A stretch of DNA of 64,000 bases, taken from IMG/VR virus record IMGVR_UViG_2563366840_000011, positions 12,067 to 76,066 of that record; one strand, given 5' to 3'. Numbering within the stretch: the first letter of the stretch is position 1; each line of letters begins with the position of its first letter. Shown here piece by piece: positions 33,967 to 41,545 of this stretch. This DNA is from a virus (lineage: Duplodnaviria > Heunggongvirae > Uroviricota > Caudoviricetes). The position numbers and the translations under genes are program-made. Under the pieces are notes generated by a model. The model saw nothing but the letters and a program-made list of their open reading frames with translations. It searched no databases and was not told the origin of the DNA.

Positions 33967-34606
33967 AAACACCATCAAACAATACACTACCACCCAGGCT
34001 CCAGAGGGATACTGGACTGATGCTCGCGGCGTTCTGACGCCAGTCAGTCTGATTAAAGAAATCGACCGCGATCGCGACCAGCTCGTTGGCGAACTTGTTG
34101 AGCAGGCGATTGTCGTTTCCTCTGCTCTGAGTGAGCTGAAATCACGCGCCTTTGCTGATATTCAGGCGTTTATCGACCTTTCGGCTGAAAAATACGGGGC
34201 CACCAAAGGCGGTAAAAAAGGTAATGTCACGCTCTACAGCTTTGATGGCCGTTTCAAAATCCAGCGAGCCATGCAGGACAGAATTGCCCTGGACGAGCGT
34301 ATACAGACTGCAAAGGCGCTTATTGATACCTGTCTTGCTGACTGGACAGAAGGTGCCCGCCCGGAGCTGAAGGCGCTGGTCAATGAGGCGTTTGATACTG
34401 ACAAAGAAGGCAATATCAATACCGGGCGCGTTCTGGCACTTCGTCGCCTGGAAATTGATGATGAACGCTGGCAGCAAGCCATGCAGGCAATCGGTGAAGC
34501 GGTGCAGGTCGTCGGTAGCCGTTCTTATATCCGCGTGTATGAACGTGTTGGTGACTCGGATGAATATCGTCCGATTGCTCTCGATATTGCCGGTGCGGGG
34601 GTGTGA
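33956..34606 (+). CDS. Hypothetical early protein (resembles a conserved Mu-like prophage family of unknown function)
   Basis: ATG at 33956 after AAAAGGGGAAG; MSTENTIKQYTTTQAPEGYWTDARGVLTPVSLIKEIDRDRDQLVGELVEQ... 216 aa. Confidence 0.55.
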   Translation: MSTENTIKQYTTTQAPEGYWTDARGVLTPVSLIKEIDRDRDQLVGELVEQAIVVSSALSELKSRAFADIQAFIDLSAEKYGATKGGKKGNVTLYSFDGRFKIQRAMQDRIALDERIQTAKALIDTCLADWTEGARPELKALVNEAFDTDKEGNINTGRVLALRRLEIDDERWQQAMQAIGEAVQVVGSRSYIRVYERVGDSDEYRPIALDIAGAGV

Positions 34607-34607
34607 T

Positions 34608-34841
34608 ATGTATGTTCTGGTAGATCGCACCCATGCCCGTAAACCATGCAGTCCATTTATGTCTTATGCAGTCAGCGCTGTACTTGCTGAGCAAGTTGGC
34701 GATTTTCATAACGCTGCAACAGCCTGGAAAACTGCATTCAGCCTGGCGAAAACAGAGGTCAATTCTATCTGGGCAATATCGCGAATGGAGTTCTGTCTTC
34801 ATGCGGCGAATCGTGGTTGGGGGATTCCGAATGAAAGCTAA
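34608..34841 (+). CDS. Hypothetical early protein
   Basis: ATG at 34608: MYVLVDRTHARKPCSPFMSYAVSAVLAEQVGDFHNAATAWKTAFSLAKTEVNS... Confidence 0.45.
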   Translation: MYVLVDRTHARKPCSPFMSYAVSAVLAEQVGDFHNAATAWKTAFSLAKTEVNSIWAISRMEFCLHAANRGWGIPNES

Positions 34842-35022
34842 AGAGTTCAATCTGCGATACCCGGTTGGCAGCGTCTTTATTTATCAGCCAAATCCGGTTT
34901 TACGTGGCGGTAAGGTCGTCAGCACCGTTGACCAGGCTCGTGACTGCCGCGATGTATCGGTAGTTGAAATAAATCAAGAACCTTATTTCGCCAATATTAA
35001 ATCGCTGATACCAGCTAGCTGA
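34831..35022 (+). CDS. Hypothetical early protein
   Basis: ATG at 34831: MKAKEFNLRYPVGSVFIYQPNPVLRGGKVVSTVDQARDCRDVSVVEINQEPYFANIKSLIPAS. Confidence 0.4.
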   Translation: MKAKEFNLRYPVGSVFIYQPNPVLRGGKVVSTVDQARDCRDVSVVEINQEPYFANIKSLIPAS

Positions 35023-35102
35023 AATAACTTTTAATTAAACCTGTTTTAAATATGGCGTAAACCCGCCGGGGCTGGCTTACGCCTGAATTAAGGAGTTCTG
35101 TA

Positions 35103-35825
35103 ATGGAAAATAAAGAGAAATATCTCCAGCGTATTAAAAAACTGCTGGCAATGGCGCGTAATAACTCCAGCGCTGAAGAAGCAGCACTCGCGCTGAGCCG
35201 CGCCCAGCGCCTGATGGAAACCCACAAACTGACTGAAGCCGATGCGGCGATGATGGATATCAACGAGGCATCCACTCAGAAAGCCCCATCACATGCTGAA
35301 AAGATGCCTGAATATATGGCGCTACTGGCTCATATGATAGCGCTGGCATTCGGGGTTAAGTTCTATACCACCCACGGTCATGAGCGCTGGGATGCTCCAG
35401 CAAAACGCACCATCACCTATTACGGACCGGACGAACGTCCGCAGGTTGCAGCTTATTCCTTCGAGGTTCTTGGCAAGCAGCTGGCGAAGGCCCGTCGTGA
35501 ATACACCGCCACGTTGCGTAAAAATATCAAACCCGCCACCAAGGTGGCTCGTGCCGATACGTTCTGCTCTGCCTGGGTGAATGGTGCCTATGCCGTTATC
35601 AGTGACTTTGCCGTCACTGAGGCCGAAGAGACTCTCATGGAGAGCTATCGCAGCAAAAAACTGAGTCAGGGCATGAAGAAACTGGAGCCTCGTAAACCGG
35701 GAAAAGCCAGCGGCACCGATGATGCAGCTAATCAGGGTTATCGGGCTGGCCGCAATGCGCAGTTACATCATGCTGTGACGGGGTCTTCAAATGCTGTAGC
35801 TCGAATTGAAGGGGGACCTCAATGA
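35103..35825 (+). CDS. Early protein of unknown function (N-terminal region resembles DUF2786-type domain)
   Basis: 240-aa ORF MENKEKYLQRIKKLLAMARNNSSAEEAALALSRAQRLMETHKLTEADAAMMD... Confidence 0.5.
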   Translation: MENKEKYLQRIKKLLAMARNNSSAEEAALALSRAQRLMETHKLTEADAAMMDINEASTQKAPSHAEKMPEYMALLAHMIALAFGVKFYTTHGHERWDAPAKRTITYYGPDERPQVAAYSFEVLGKQLAKARREYTATLRKNIKPATKVARADTFCSAWVNGAYAVISDFAVTEAEETLMESYRSKKLSQGMKKLEPRKPGKASGTDDAANQGYRAGRNAQLHHAVTGSSNAVARIEGGPQ

Positions 35826-36325
35826 GAGATATCACCGCACTGGCGCAACACCTAAGAGTGTATGCCGAAGAATTCAGTTATCCGGTTCTATCTCCTGATG
35901 ATTGCAAAACGCTGGTAGATGCGCTGGAAGCAGGACAACCACACCACAACGGCCTGATGCAGCTCTCTAATGAACTGGTGATGGCTAAGCAGAGAATCGC
36001 AGAACTGGAGTCCGGCACAGCCACCGCGTCGCAGAGCGATTACTTTGCCTCTCTGGTAGCAATGGCTCGTGTTTCAGCAGAAAAAGCGATGCGGAAGTTC
36101 CCTCAGCCGAACTACGTGCTTCTTAAGGTTGCGGAGGAAGCTGGCGAGGTCGTGCAGGCCGGGGTCCATTACGCAGAGAAACGGATGGAGTGGCAGCAGG
36201 TAGAGGGCGAGATTGTCCAGCTGTTGGCAATGCTGATTCGCCTGGTGACGGAGGGCGACCAGATTAATGGCATCACTCCTCCGGCCGATGGCATCCAGGT
36301 TATCGAAGGGGATAATTATGACTGA
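35822..36325 (+). CDS. Candidate MazG-like nucleotide pyrophosphohydrolase-domain protein
   Basis: 167-aa ORF; C-terminal half ...NYVLLKVAEEAGEVVQAGVHYAEKRMEWQQVEGEIVQLLAMLIRL shows an EExGE ... E-x-E pattern resembling MazG/HisE-type motifs (second motif divergent). Confidence 0.4.
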   Translation: MRDITALAQHLRVYAEEFSYPVLSPDDCKTLVDALEAGQPHHNGLMQLSNELVMAKQRIAELESGTATASQSDYFASLVAMARVSAEKAMRKFPQPNYVLLKVAEEAGEVVQAGVHYAEKRMEWQQVEGEIVQLLAMLIRLVTEGDQINGITPPADGIQVIEGDNYD

Positions 36326-36683
36326 ACAACAGCGCAAGCCGGTGGTATTCATCGCCGGGCCGATGACCGGGTATCAGGATTATAACCGGGCAGAGTTCGA
36401 CGCTGAGGCTAGTGTCCTGTCCGATCGAGGCTTCACCGTACTAAATCCGGCGATACTTCCAGATGGCCTTGAGCACCAGCAATATCTGGCAATTACGCTG
36501 GCGATGCTGGAGCAGGCTGATGCGGTATTCCTGCTGAACGGGTGGGAAAAGAGTACCGGCGCTACCAGGGAGTTTGATCGTGCCTGTGAACTAGGGCTGC
36601 TGTTCCTTTACCAGGACTGGGAAAGCGTGTCTGTTGCGATCCACCGTAAGCGTCACCCATTAACGGAGGTGAGTTATGCATAG
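36318..36683 (+). CDS. Candidate nucleoside 2-deoxyribosyltransferase-like (Rossmann-like) protein
   Basis: ATG at 36318: MTEQQRKPVVFIAGPMTGYQDYNRAEFDAEASVLSDRGFTVLNPAILPDG...ADAVFLLNGWEKSTGATREFDRACELGL; VFIAGP start and late conserved Glu resemble NDT/Rcl-like fold proteins. Confidence 0.45.
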   Translation: MTEQQRKPVVFIAGPMTGYQDYNRAEFDAEASVLSDRGFTVLNPAILPDGLEHQQYLAITLAMLEQADAVFLLNGWEKSTGATREFDRACELGLLFLYQDWESVSVAIHRKRHPLTEVSYA

Positions 36684-36891
36684 CGTAACGGGTTGCCAGT
36701 TTCAGGACAACGGAAACCGCCGAATCTGGTTCTTCCGCGATAACAGCCAGGTTGTCGAGTTGTTGGCGGTGCCACTTAAGCTGCGGTTCAACTATTACGA
36801 CGCGAACAACCGTACAGTTCGCAATAAGGGTACTCAGGCTGATATGAAAAAGGCGATTGAATCTTTCAAGAAACTTCGGGGGATAAAGTGA
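36676..36891 (+). CDS. Hypothetical early protein
   Basis: 71-aa ORF MHSVTGCQFQDNGNRRIWFFRDNSQVVELLAVPLKLRFNYYDANNRTVRNKGTQADMKKAIESFKKLRGIK. Confidence 0.4.
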   Translation: MHSVTGCQFQDNGNRRIWFFRDNSQVVELLAVPLKLRFNYYDANNRTVRNKGTQADMKKAIESFKKLRGIK

Positions 36892-37109
36892 TGGATATAG
36901 CTTTAGTCCTAATATTTCTGGCGATGTATTTAACACTTGGCTGGTGTTGGGTATGCATCCTTGTCCGATTAGTGGGATTAGCTAATTTATCCCGACAGAA
37001 TTGCTGGTTTGCCTTTCTCTTATGGCCTTTGAGCATTATCGCGACCGATGCGAATCTGGAGGAAAACGATGGGACATCTCCTGAGAAATCTGACAGCAAA
37101 GACCTTTAA
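36888..37109 (+). CDS. Hypothetical small membrane protein
   Basis: 73-aa ORF MMDIALVLIFLAMYLTLGWCWVCILVRLVGLANLSRQNCWFAFLLWPLSIIATDANLEENDG... with two hydrophobic segments. Confidence 0.4.
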   Translation: MMDIALVLIFLAMYLTLGWCWVCILVRLVGLANLSRQNCWFAFLLWPLSIIATDANLEENDGTSPEKSDSKDL

Positions 37110-37278
37110 CCAGCGCTTCCCCGTTGACTCACAGTTCCATTATTACCTGATACCTGGTGTATCGGAGCGGGAAACTGTAATAACCCGCCCGGCAGCCTGG
37201 CATATGCGCAATGGTCGTCTGGTTGTCAGGGTCGAAGGGAAAATCGGTGGTATATCAGTCAGCAAAATGAAACCTTGA
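37069..37278 (+). CDS. Hypothetical early protein
   Basis: ATG at 37069, 8 nt after GGAGG: MGHLLRNLTAKTFNQRFPVDSQFHYYLIPGVSERETVITRPAAWHMRNGRLVVRVEGKIGGISVSKMKP. Confidence 0.45.
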   Translation: MGHLLRNLTAKTFNQRFPVDSQFHYYLIPGVSERETVITRPAAWHMRNGRLVVRVEGKIGGISVSKMKP

Positions 37279-37293
37279 AAGTAAGTCATTACA

Positions 37294-37317
37294 GCAGGCA
37301 CTTCATAAAGTGCCTGC
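37294..37317 (+). promoter_or_regulatory. Perfect 8-bp inverted repeat upstream of gemA/mor (candidate regulatory site or terminator-like hairpin)
   Basis: GCAGGCAC-ttcataaa-GTGCCTGC between the last early ORF and the gemA-like gene. Confidence 0.35.
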
Positions 37318-37345
37318 GATAATGACAACCAACAGGAGAAATATT

Positions 37346-37822
37346 ATGTCCACGCCAGCAAAACGAGGCCTTATAGGGGCAATTAAAGCCGGTCAGGCAT
37401 ATCTGGGGTGGGATGAGGTAACCTACCGTAGTGTTCTGTCTCGCTTATGCAACGGTAAAACATCATCCACTAAATGCACCCTCGACGAGCTGCAGGCTGT
37501 CAGGGAATATATGCATGACAAGGGTTTTCCTCGCTACTCAGCAAAACACGGTCGACGCCCAAAGGTTGCCAATACGCGCGAGTCAATTCTTTCTAAAATT
37601 AACGCATTACTTGCAGATGCAAAACGTCCGTGGAATTATGCCGAGAAAATGTGCGATCATATGTTTCACGTCAAATACATCGAGTGGTTGACGACTGAAC
37701 AGTTAACCAAACTCATGCAGGCTCTCAGCATTGATGCGAGTCGGCGAAAAAAGCGGGAGCGTAATAATGAATCTGGAACAGGTAACGGAGCTGCTGCCAT
37801 CAGCAGTGATTCAAATAGCTGA
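37346..37822 (+). CDS. GemA-like (Mu gp16-like) protein
   Basis: ATG at 37346 after AGGAG: MSTPAKRGLIGAIKAGQAYLGWDEVTYRSVLSRL..., the L-I-x-x-I-K...LGWDE-x-TYR pattern seen in GemA-family proteins; directly precedes mor. Confidence 0.6.
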   Translation: MSTPAKRGLIGAIKAGQAYLGWDEVTYRSVLSRLCNGKTSSTKCTLDELQAVREYMHDKGFPRYSAKHGRRPKVANTRESILSKINALLADAKRPWNYAEKMCDHMFHVKYIEWLTTEQLTKLMQALSIDASRRKKRERNNESGTGNGAAAISSDSNS

Positions 37823-38201
37823 CCTGATAGGCTTCCCGGCGACCGAGCAGCTTCTTTCTGCTTTTGGTGGCACCACGTTCCCGATAGGTAAAGGCCTCCG
37901 CGCTATGGGGGCCAGCCGCGCAGCCCTCCTGCGCAATACTATCGGCGATGATAAAACCCAATTACTCATCAAGAATTTCGGCGGAGAAGTTCTCTATTTA
38001 CCCCGCTGTGATCGTGCCCTTCGTGAATTACGCAACCGCCGCTTTCTCGCCGAGTTCGCCGAAGTGCGTGAACAAGGTTCATCCTCTCTTATGGCCATGA
38101 CCTTTCTTTGCCCTAAGTATGGATTTAGTGATCGCTTTGCGTGGGAACTTCTTGCACAGCAGAAAAACAAAGGTTGTAACAGTCAAGGAAAATTATTCTA
38201 A
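37767..38201 (+). CDS. Mor/C-family transcriptional activator
   Basis: ATG at 37767: MNLEQVTELLPSAVIQIADLIGFPATEQLLSAFGGTTFPIGKGL...LYLPRCDRALRELRNRRFLAEF...YGFSDRFAWELL (C-terminal HTH-like); between gemA and the late region. Confidence 0.7.
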   Translation: MNLEQVTELLPSAVIQIADLIGFPATEQLLSAFGGTTFPIGKGLRAMGASRAALLRNTIGDDKTQLLIKNFGGEVLYLPRCDRALRELRNRRFLAEFAEVREQGSSSLMAMTFLCPKYGFSDRFAWELLAQQKNKGCNSQGKLF

Positions 38202-38707
38202 TGCGCAATACAATGAGATATATGGCATTTTTCTTGGTGGTATTTAGTACTACTGTAGTGGCAAAAACAGTACCCAATACAAAAGCAGTTGAAACTTATA
38301 AAAATCAACTTGAGGAAACTAAGAGAATATTTAATGAAACGCAGAGCACTTTAATGGGTGCAACTGCTGTTTTTGATATGTACAAGAGTCTGGGATATCT
38401 TACACCTGAAGTTGTTGCAGTGAGTCGTCATTTCCTCCTCCTTGATGAGGATGCGAAAAAATTGTATGGGGAGAATCTTCTTTTAAACCCTACACCTTTT
38501 AGCTCTTGTGCTACGTTACCAGCAGCAGCTTACTCATATTGGATGGCAAGGCTATCTTCATTAAAAACTGATAATGTTAAGGCTGTGAATGCGCAGGGTG
38601 AATCATACATAAAACAGGGTAAGGAATGTAAATTTGCAATTAACAACCCACCTCCCTCGCATATTGAAGAAAGTGATTATGTAGAGATAATTGATGTTAC
38701 TCAATAA
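38201..38707 (+). CDS. AT-rich moron: predicted secreted/periplasmic protein of unknown function
   Basis: 168-aa ORF MRNTMRYMAFFLVVFSTTVVA|KTVPNTK... with a signal-peptide-like N-terminus and 2 Cys; codon usage visibly more AT-rich than flanking genes. Confidence 0.55.
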   Translation: MRNTMRYMAFFLVVFSTTVVAKTVPNTKAVETYKNQLEETKRIFNETQSTLMGATAVFDMYKSLGYLTPEVVAVSRHFLLLDEDAKKLYGENLLLNPTPFSSCATLPAAAYSYWMARLSSLKTDNVKAVNAQGESYIKQGKECKFAINNPPPSHIEESDYVEIIDVTQ

Positions 38708-38708
38708 A

Positions 38709-38726
38709 CCACTGAACCCCTTCACC
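38709..38726 (+). promoter_or_regulatory. Conserved late box, copy 1 (upstream of endolysin), candidate late promoter/activator site
   Basis: CCACTGAACCCCTTCACC, then GATTAT, then inverted repeat cgccatcc/ggatggcg (38758-38783) covering the SD region before ATG 38786. Confidence 0.5.
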
Positions 38727-38785
38727 TGATTATTCACCTAACCTGATGAAATACTGACGCCATCCCTTTTTAACCGGATGGCGTT

Positions 38786-39430
38786 ATGCTTTTAACACTC
38801 CCACAATTTCAGCGAGCCGCAGGCCTTTCGCCAGTAATGGCGCAACGCTGGTTTGAACCATTCAGTAAAGCCACCGCTGAATTCGAAATTAATACACCCG
38901 CCCGACTTGCCGCCTTTATTGCTCAAACCGGCCATGAGAGCGCGGGTTTCAGTCGGCTCAGTGAAAATCTCTATTACTCAGATGCTGAGCGCGTGGCGCG
39001 TATTTTCCGCAGCGACTTCGATCTCAATAAGAATCGTATTATCGATCCGAGCGAGGTTGAATTTGCCCGCCGCTATACCCGTAACCCTGAAAAAATGGCC
39101 AATTATGTTTACGCAAATCAGGGGGGTAACGGTAATGAAGCATCAGGCGATGGCTGGCGCTTTCGCGGACGTGGCCTGATTCAGATTACCCTGCGCAATA
39201 ATTACCGCCTTTGCGGTAAGGCGCTGGGCCTCGATCTCATCGCGGATCCCGATTTGTTACTGGAGTATCTCAACGCAGCCCGCAGCGCTGCCTGGTACTG
39301 GAAGGCAAATGGCTGCAACGAGCTGGCTGACAAAGGCAATTTTCTGGCCGTAACCCGGCGTATCAACCCTCCGGCTGAAGGTCAGGCTGACCGCGTGGCG
39401 CGGCTGAATGTCGCTAAGGCGGCGCTATGA
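38786..39430 (+). CDS. Endolysin, glycoside hydrolase family 19 (chitinase-like) type
   Basis: 214-aa ORF ...ARLAAFIAQTGHESAGFSRLSENLYYS...GRGLIQITLRNNYRLCGKALGLDL...: GH19-lysin-like motifs; followed by membrane proteins and spanins. Confidence 0.75.
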   Translation: MLLTLPQFQRAAGLSPVMAQRWFEPFSKATAEFEINTPARLAAFIAQTGHESAGFSRLSENLYYSDAERVARIFRSDFDLNKNRIIDPSEVEFARRYTRNPEKMANYVYANQGGNGNEASGDGWRFRGRGLIQITLRNNYRLCGKALGLDLIADPDLLLEYLNAARSAAWYWKANGCNELADKGNFLAVTRRINPPAEGQADRVARLNVAKAAL

Positions 39431-39690
39431 AAATATCTCTGCGCGATCTGGTGACGAACCCGGCCACCGGTCGTCTCTCTACGTCAGACACCATCGTTTT
39501 TCTGGCCTTCCTGGTCAGTTCCTTCGTACTGGTCTGGCTCACCGTTACCCGCCCCGAAACTCCTGGTGAGCTGTATCTCACCTATCTGGGCGCGTGGGTG
39601 GCTCAGAGTCAGGCATCAAAACATATGTCCATCAAACGAGCCAGAGAGGTGCGCGATGTGGGAAGCAGCCCAGAAAATCCTGAGGGTTAG
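39427..39690 (+). CDS. Small single-TMD membrane protein (candidate holin or lysis accessory)
   Basis: 87-aa ORF with TMD IVFLAFLVSSFVLVWLTV; directly after the endolysin. Confidence 0.45.
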   Translation: MKISLRDLVTNPATGRLSTSDTIVFLAFLVSSFVLVWLTVTRPETPGELYLTYLGAWVAQSQASKHMSIKRAREVRDVGSSPENPEG

Positions 39691-40288
39691 CTGGAAACCG
39701 CTGCTCGTCGTCGTGGTTCTGACAGGCAGCGGGATATGGTTCGGCACCTTCCTCACAGGCAACAAGCTGGACGCTCAGGCGCTGGCCTTCAGCCAGGAGA
39801 AGCAACGCCTGACTGATGGTTTCAGTGAAAAAGAACGGCAGTGGGATCAGGAGAGGCTCGGCGCTGCAAATCAGTATGCAGCTAACCTGAAGGCTGCACT
39901 TGATAAGCAGAACGCCTGGCAGCAGAAAGCGGATGCGCTGACCCGCGAGCTGGCTGAAAAGCAAAAGGCACATGACGAGACTGTTCGCGATCTTAAAAAG
40001 AGGCTTAAAGATGCACTTGATAAAGATGGTCCTGGTTATACCGGCATTGGCCCTGGCGGCCTGCAGCTCTTCCGTGAAGCCTTTGGCTACTCAGGATCCG
40101 AAAGCCTCCCCGCTGGTCAGCATCTGCCAGCCACCGCCAGCGGCGCTCCTGGTCATACCGGCCAGACCACAGGCACCGGTGGCGGACTCTCCCCCACTGG
40201 AATAGTGTCGTTTTCAGCGGAATACGGCGCATGGTGCCAGCTCATTGAGGGCAGGCTGCAGGCAATAAATGAGTATTACAGGAAGTGA
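39656..40288 (+). CDS. i-spanin (Rz-like)
   Basis: ATG at 39656 after GAGG: MWEAAQKILRVSWKPLLVVVVLTGSGIWFGTF... N-terminal TMD then coiled-coil-like region (...QERLGAANQYAANLKAALDKQNAWQQKADALTRELAEKQKAHDETVRDLKKRLKD). Confidence 0.7.
   Translation: MWEAAQKILRVSWKPLLVVVVLTGSGIWFGTFLTGNKLDAQALAFSQEKQRLTDGFSEKERQWDQERLGAANQYAANLKAALDKQNAWQQKADALTRELAEKQKAHDETVRDLKKRLKDALDKDGPGYTGIGPGGLQLFREAFGYSGSESLPAGQHLPATASGAPGHTGQTTGTGGGLSPTGIVSFSAEYGAWCQLIEGRLQAINEYYRK
40011..40205 (+). CDS. o-spanin (Rz1-like lipoprotein) embedded in the i-spanin +1 frame
   Basis: MHLIKMVLVIPALALAAC SSSVKPLATQDPKASPLVSICQPPPAALLVIPARPQAPVADSPPLE: lipobox LAAC, Pro-rich mature part; start could be 40026. Confidence 0.65.
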   Translation: MHLIKMVLVIPALALAACSSSVKPLATQDPKASPLVSICQPPPAALLVIPARPQAPVADSPPLE

Positions 40289-40539
40289 ACAACATCATGA
40301 CTCTTGATATGGCCTTTCAGATTGCGCTGGCGCTGGCTGCAACCTTCGGCACCATCTGGATACGCCGTCTGCAAAAAGACATTACCGACCTGGAAAAGGC
40401 GGTTGATCGCATCCGGGATGAATACCAGCGCCGTGAGGATGCGAAAAGTAACTACACCGCAATGATGGATGCGATGAGGGAGCTGCGAGCGGCTATCGAG
40501 CGCATTGATAACAAACTGGACAGGAAACAGGACAAATGA
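40285..40539 (+). CDS. Small membrane-anchored coiled-coil protein
   Basis: 84-aa ORF MNNIMTLDMAFQIALALAATFGTIWIRRLQKDITDLEKAVDRIRDEYQRREDAKS... Confidence 0.45.
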   Translation: MNNIMTLDMAFQIALALAATFGTIWIRRLQKDITDLEKAVDRIRDEYQRREDAKSNYTAMMDAMRELRAAIERIDNKLDRKQDK

Positions 40540-40820
40540 AAGCCAGACATAAGCGCAGAACCCGCCGCGCGACAATCAGCCAGAGCGAGCAGGAAACGCT
40601 GAGCCGGATTTCCGCTCAGCTCGAACGCCTGCAGCCCCCCGTCAGCCCGGACATTCTGGGCGGGATTAATGACAAGCTGAGCCGAATTGATGTTCGCCTC
40701 ACGACCATCAGCGACGATGCGGCTAGCCGTGGTGCGTCTGCCGGTGCGATTACGGGTGGAATTGCAGGCGGTGTCATCACTGTGGCGATTCTGCTCATTC
40801 GCGCAAAACTGGAGCTGTGA
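40536..40820 (+). CDS. Small protein with C-terminal TMD
   Basis: 94-aa ORF ...RGASAGAITGGIAGGVITVAILLIRAKLEL. Confidence 0.45.
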   Translation: MKARHKRRTRRATISQSEQETLSRISAQLERLQPPVSPDILGGINDKLSRIDVRLTTISDDAASRGASAGAITGGIAGGVITVAILLIRAKLEL

Positions 40821-40821
40821 T

Positions 40822-41322
40822 ATGGCGCATCCGCAGGAAACACGGGAAAAACTGCGACGATCTTATATCTTCGGCCAGATGTCGCTCGAAATCGCCTCCG
40901 CTCAGGCTGGCGTGGCATTTGCGACAGCTCGCCGCTGGAAGAAGGAAGCACAGGACGCAGGCGATGACTGGGACAAGTTACGCGCCGCTCACCTTATGGC
41001 CGGGAATGGTCTTGAGGAGATTGGCCGCGCCATTCTCACCGGGTTAATGACCCAGTATCAGACCACGCTGGAACTGCTGACAACCGAGTCTCAGCTCCCT
41101 CCGGGGGAACGCGTCGAGCTTCTGGCAAGCCTTGCCGATGCATTTAACAAAGCCGTCGCAGCAAACAAGAAAATACTGCCGGAGGTGAGTCAGCTGGCGG
41201 TGGCGCTGGATGTTATCCAGAAGCTCAGCGCATTTGTCGCCGAGCACTATCCGAAGCATCTGGCAGCGTTCGTGGAAATCCTTGAACCCTTCGGCAAGGA
41301 GATGGAGCAACACTATGGCTGA
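40822..41322 (+). CDS. Candidate terminase small subunit (Mu gp27-like, N-terminal HTH)
   Basis: ATG at 40822: MAHPQETREKLRRSYIFGQMSLEIASAQAGVAFATARRWKKEAQDAGDDWDK...; precedes the terminase large subunit. Confidence 0.6.
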   Translation: MAHPQETREKLRRSYIFGQMSLEIASAQAGVAFATARRWKKEAQDAGDDWDKLRAAHLMAGNGLEEIGRAILTGLMTQYQTTLELLTTESQLPPGERVELLASLADAFNKAVAANKKILPEVSQLAVALDVIQKLSAFVAEHYPKHLAAFVEILEPFGKEMEQHYG

Positions 41323-41521
41323 CCAGTTAATCCGGGTTAACAGTGAAAACTATGTGATGGCCAGTGACGTGCTGGGTGTCCGGTTCGCGGGCGGCAGAAA
41401 CGTAACCGTCGCGACGTCGACAGGCTGCTACAGCCTCGATGTTGATCGAGATAAAACCGGCATCGAGTCGATGAACCGCTTCATCAGCGAGGTTAATAAA
41501 GCCCTCCGCAATCATCATTAA
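41315..41521 (+). CDS. Hypothetical protein
   Basis: ATG at 41315: MADQLIRVNSENYVMASDVLGVRFAGGRNVTVATSTGCYSLDVDRDKTGIESMNRFISEVNKALRNHH. Confidence 0.45.
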   Translation: MADQLIRVNSENYVMASDVLGVRFAGGRNVTVATSTGCYSLDVDRDKTGIESMNRFISEVNKALRNHH

Positions 41522-41545
41522 CAGGCTGTTAAGGGCAAATTAATC

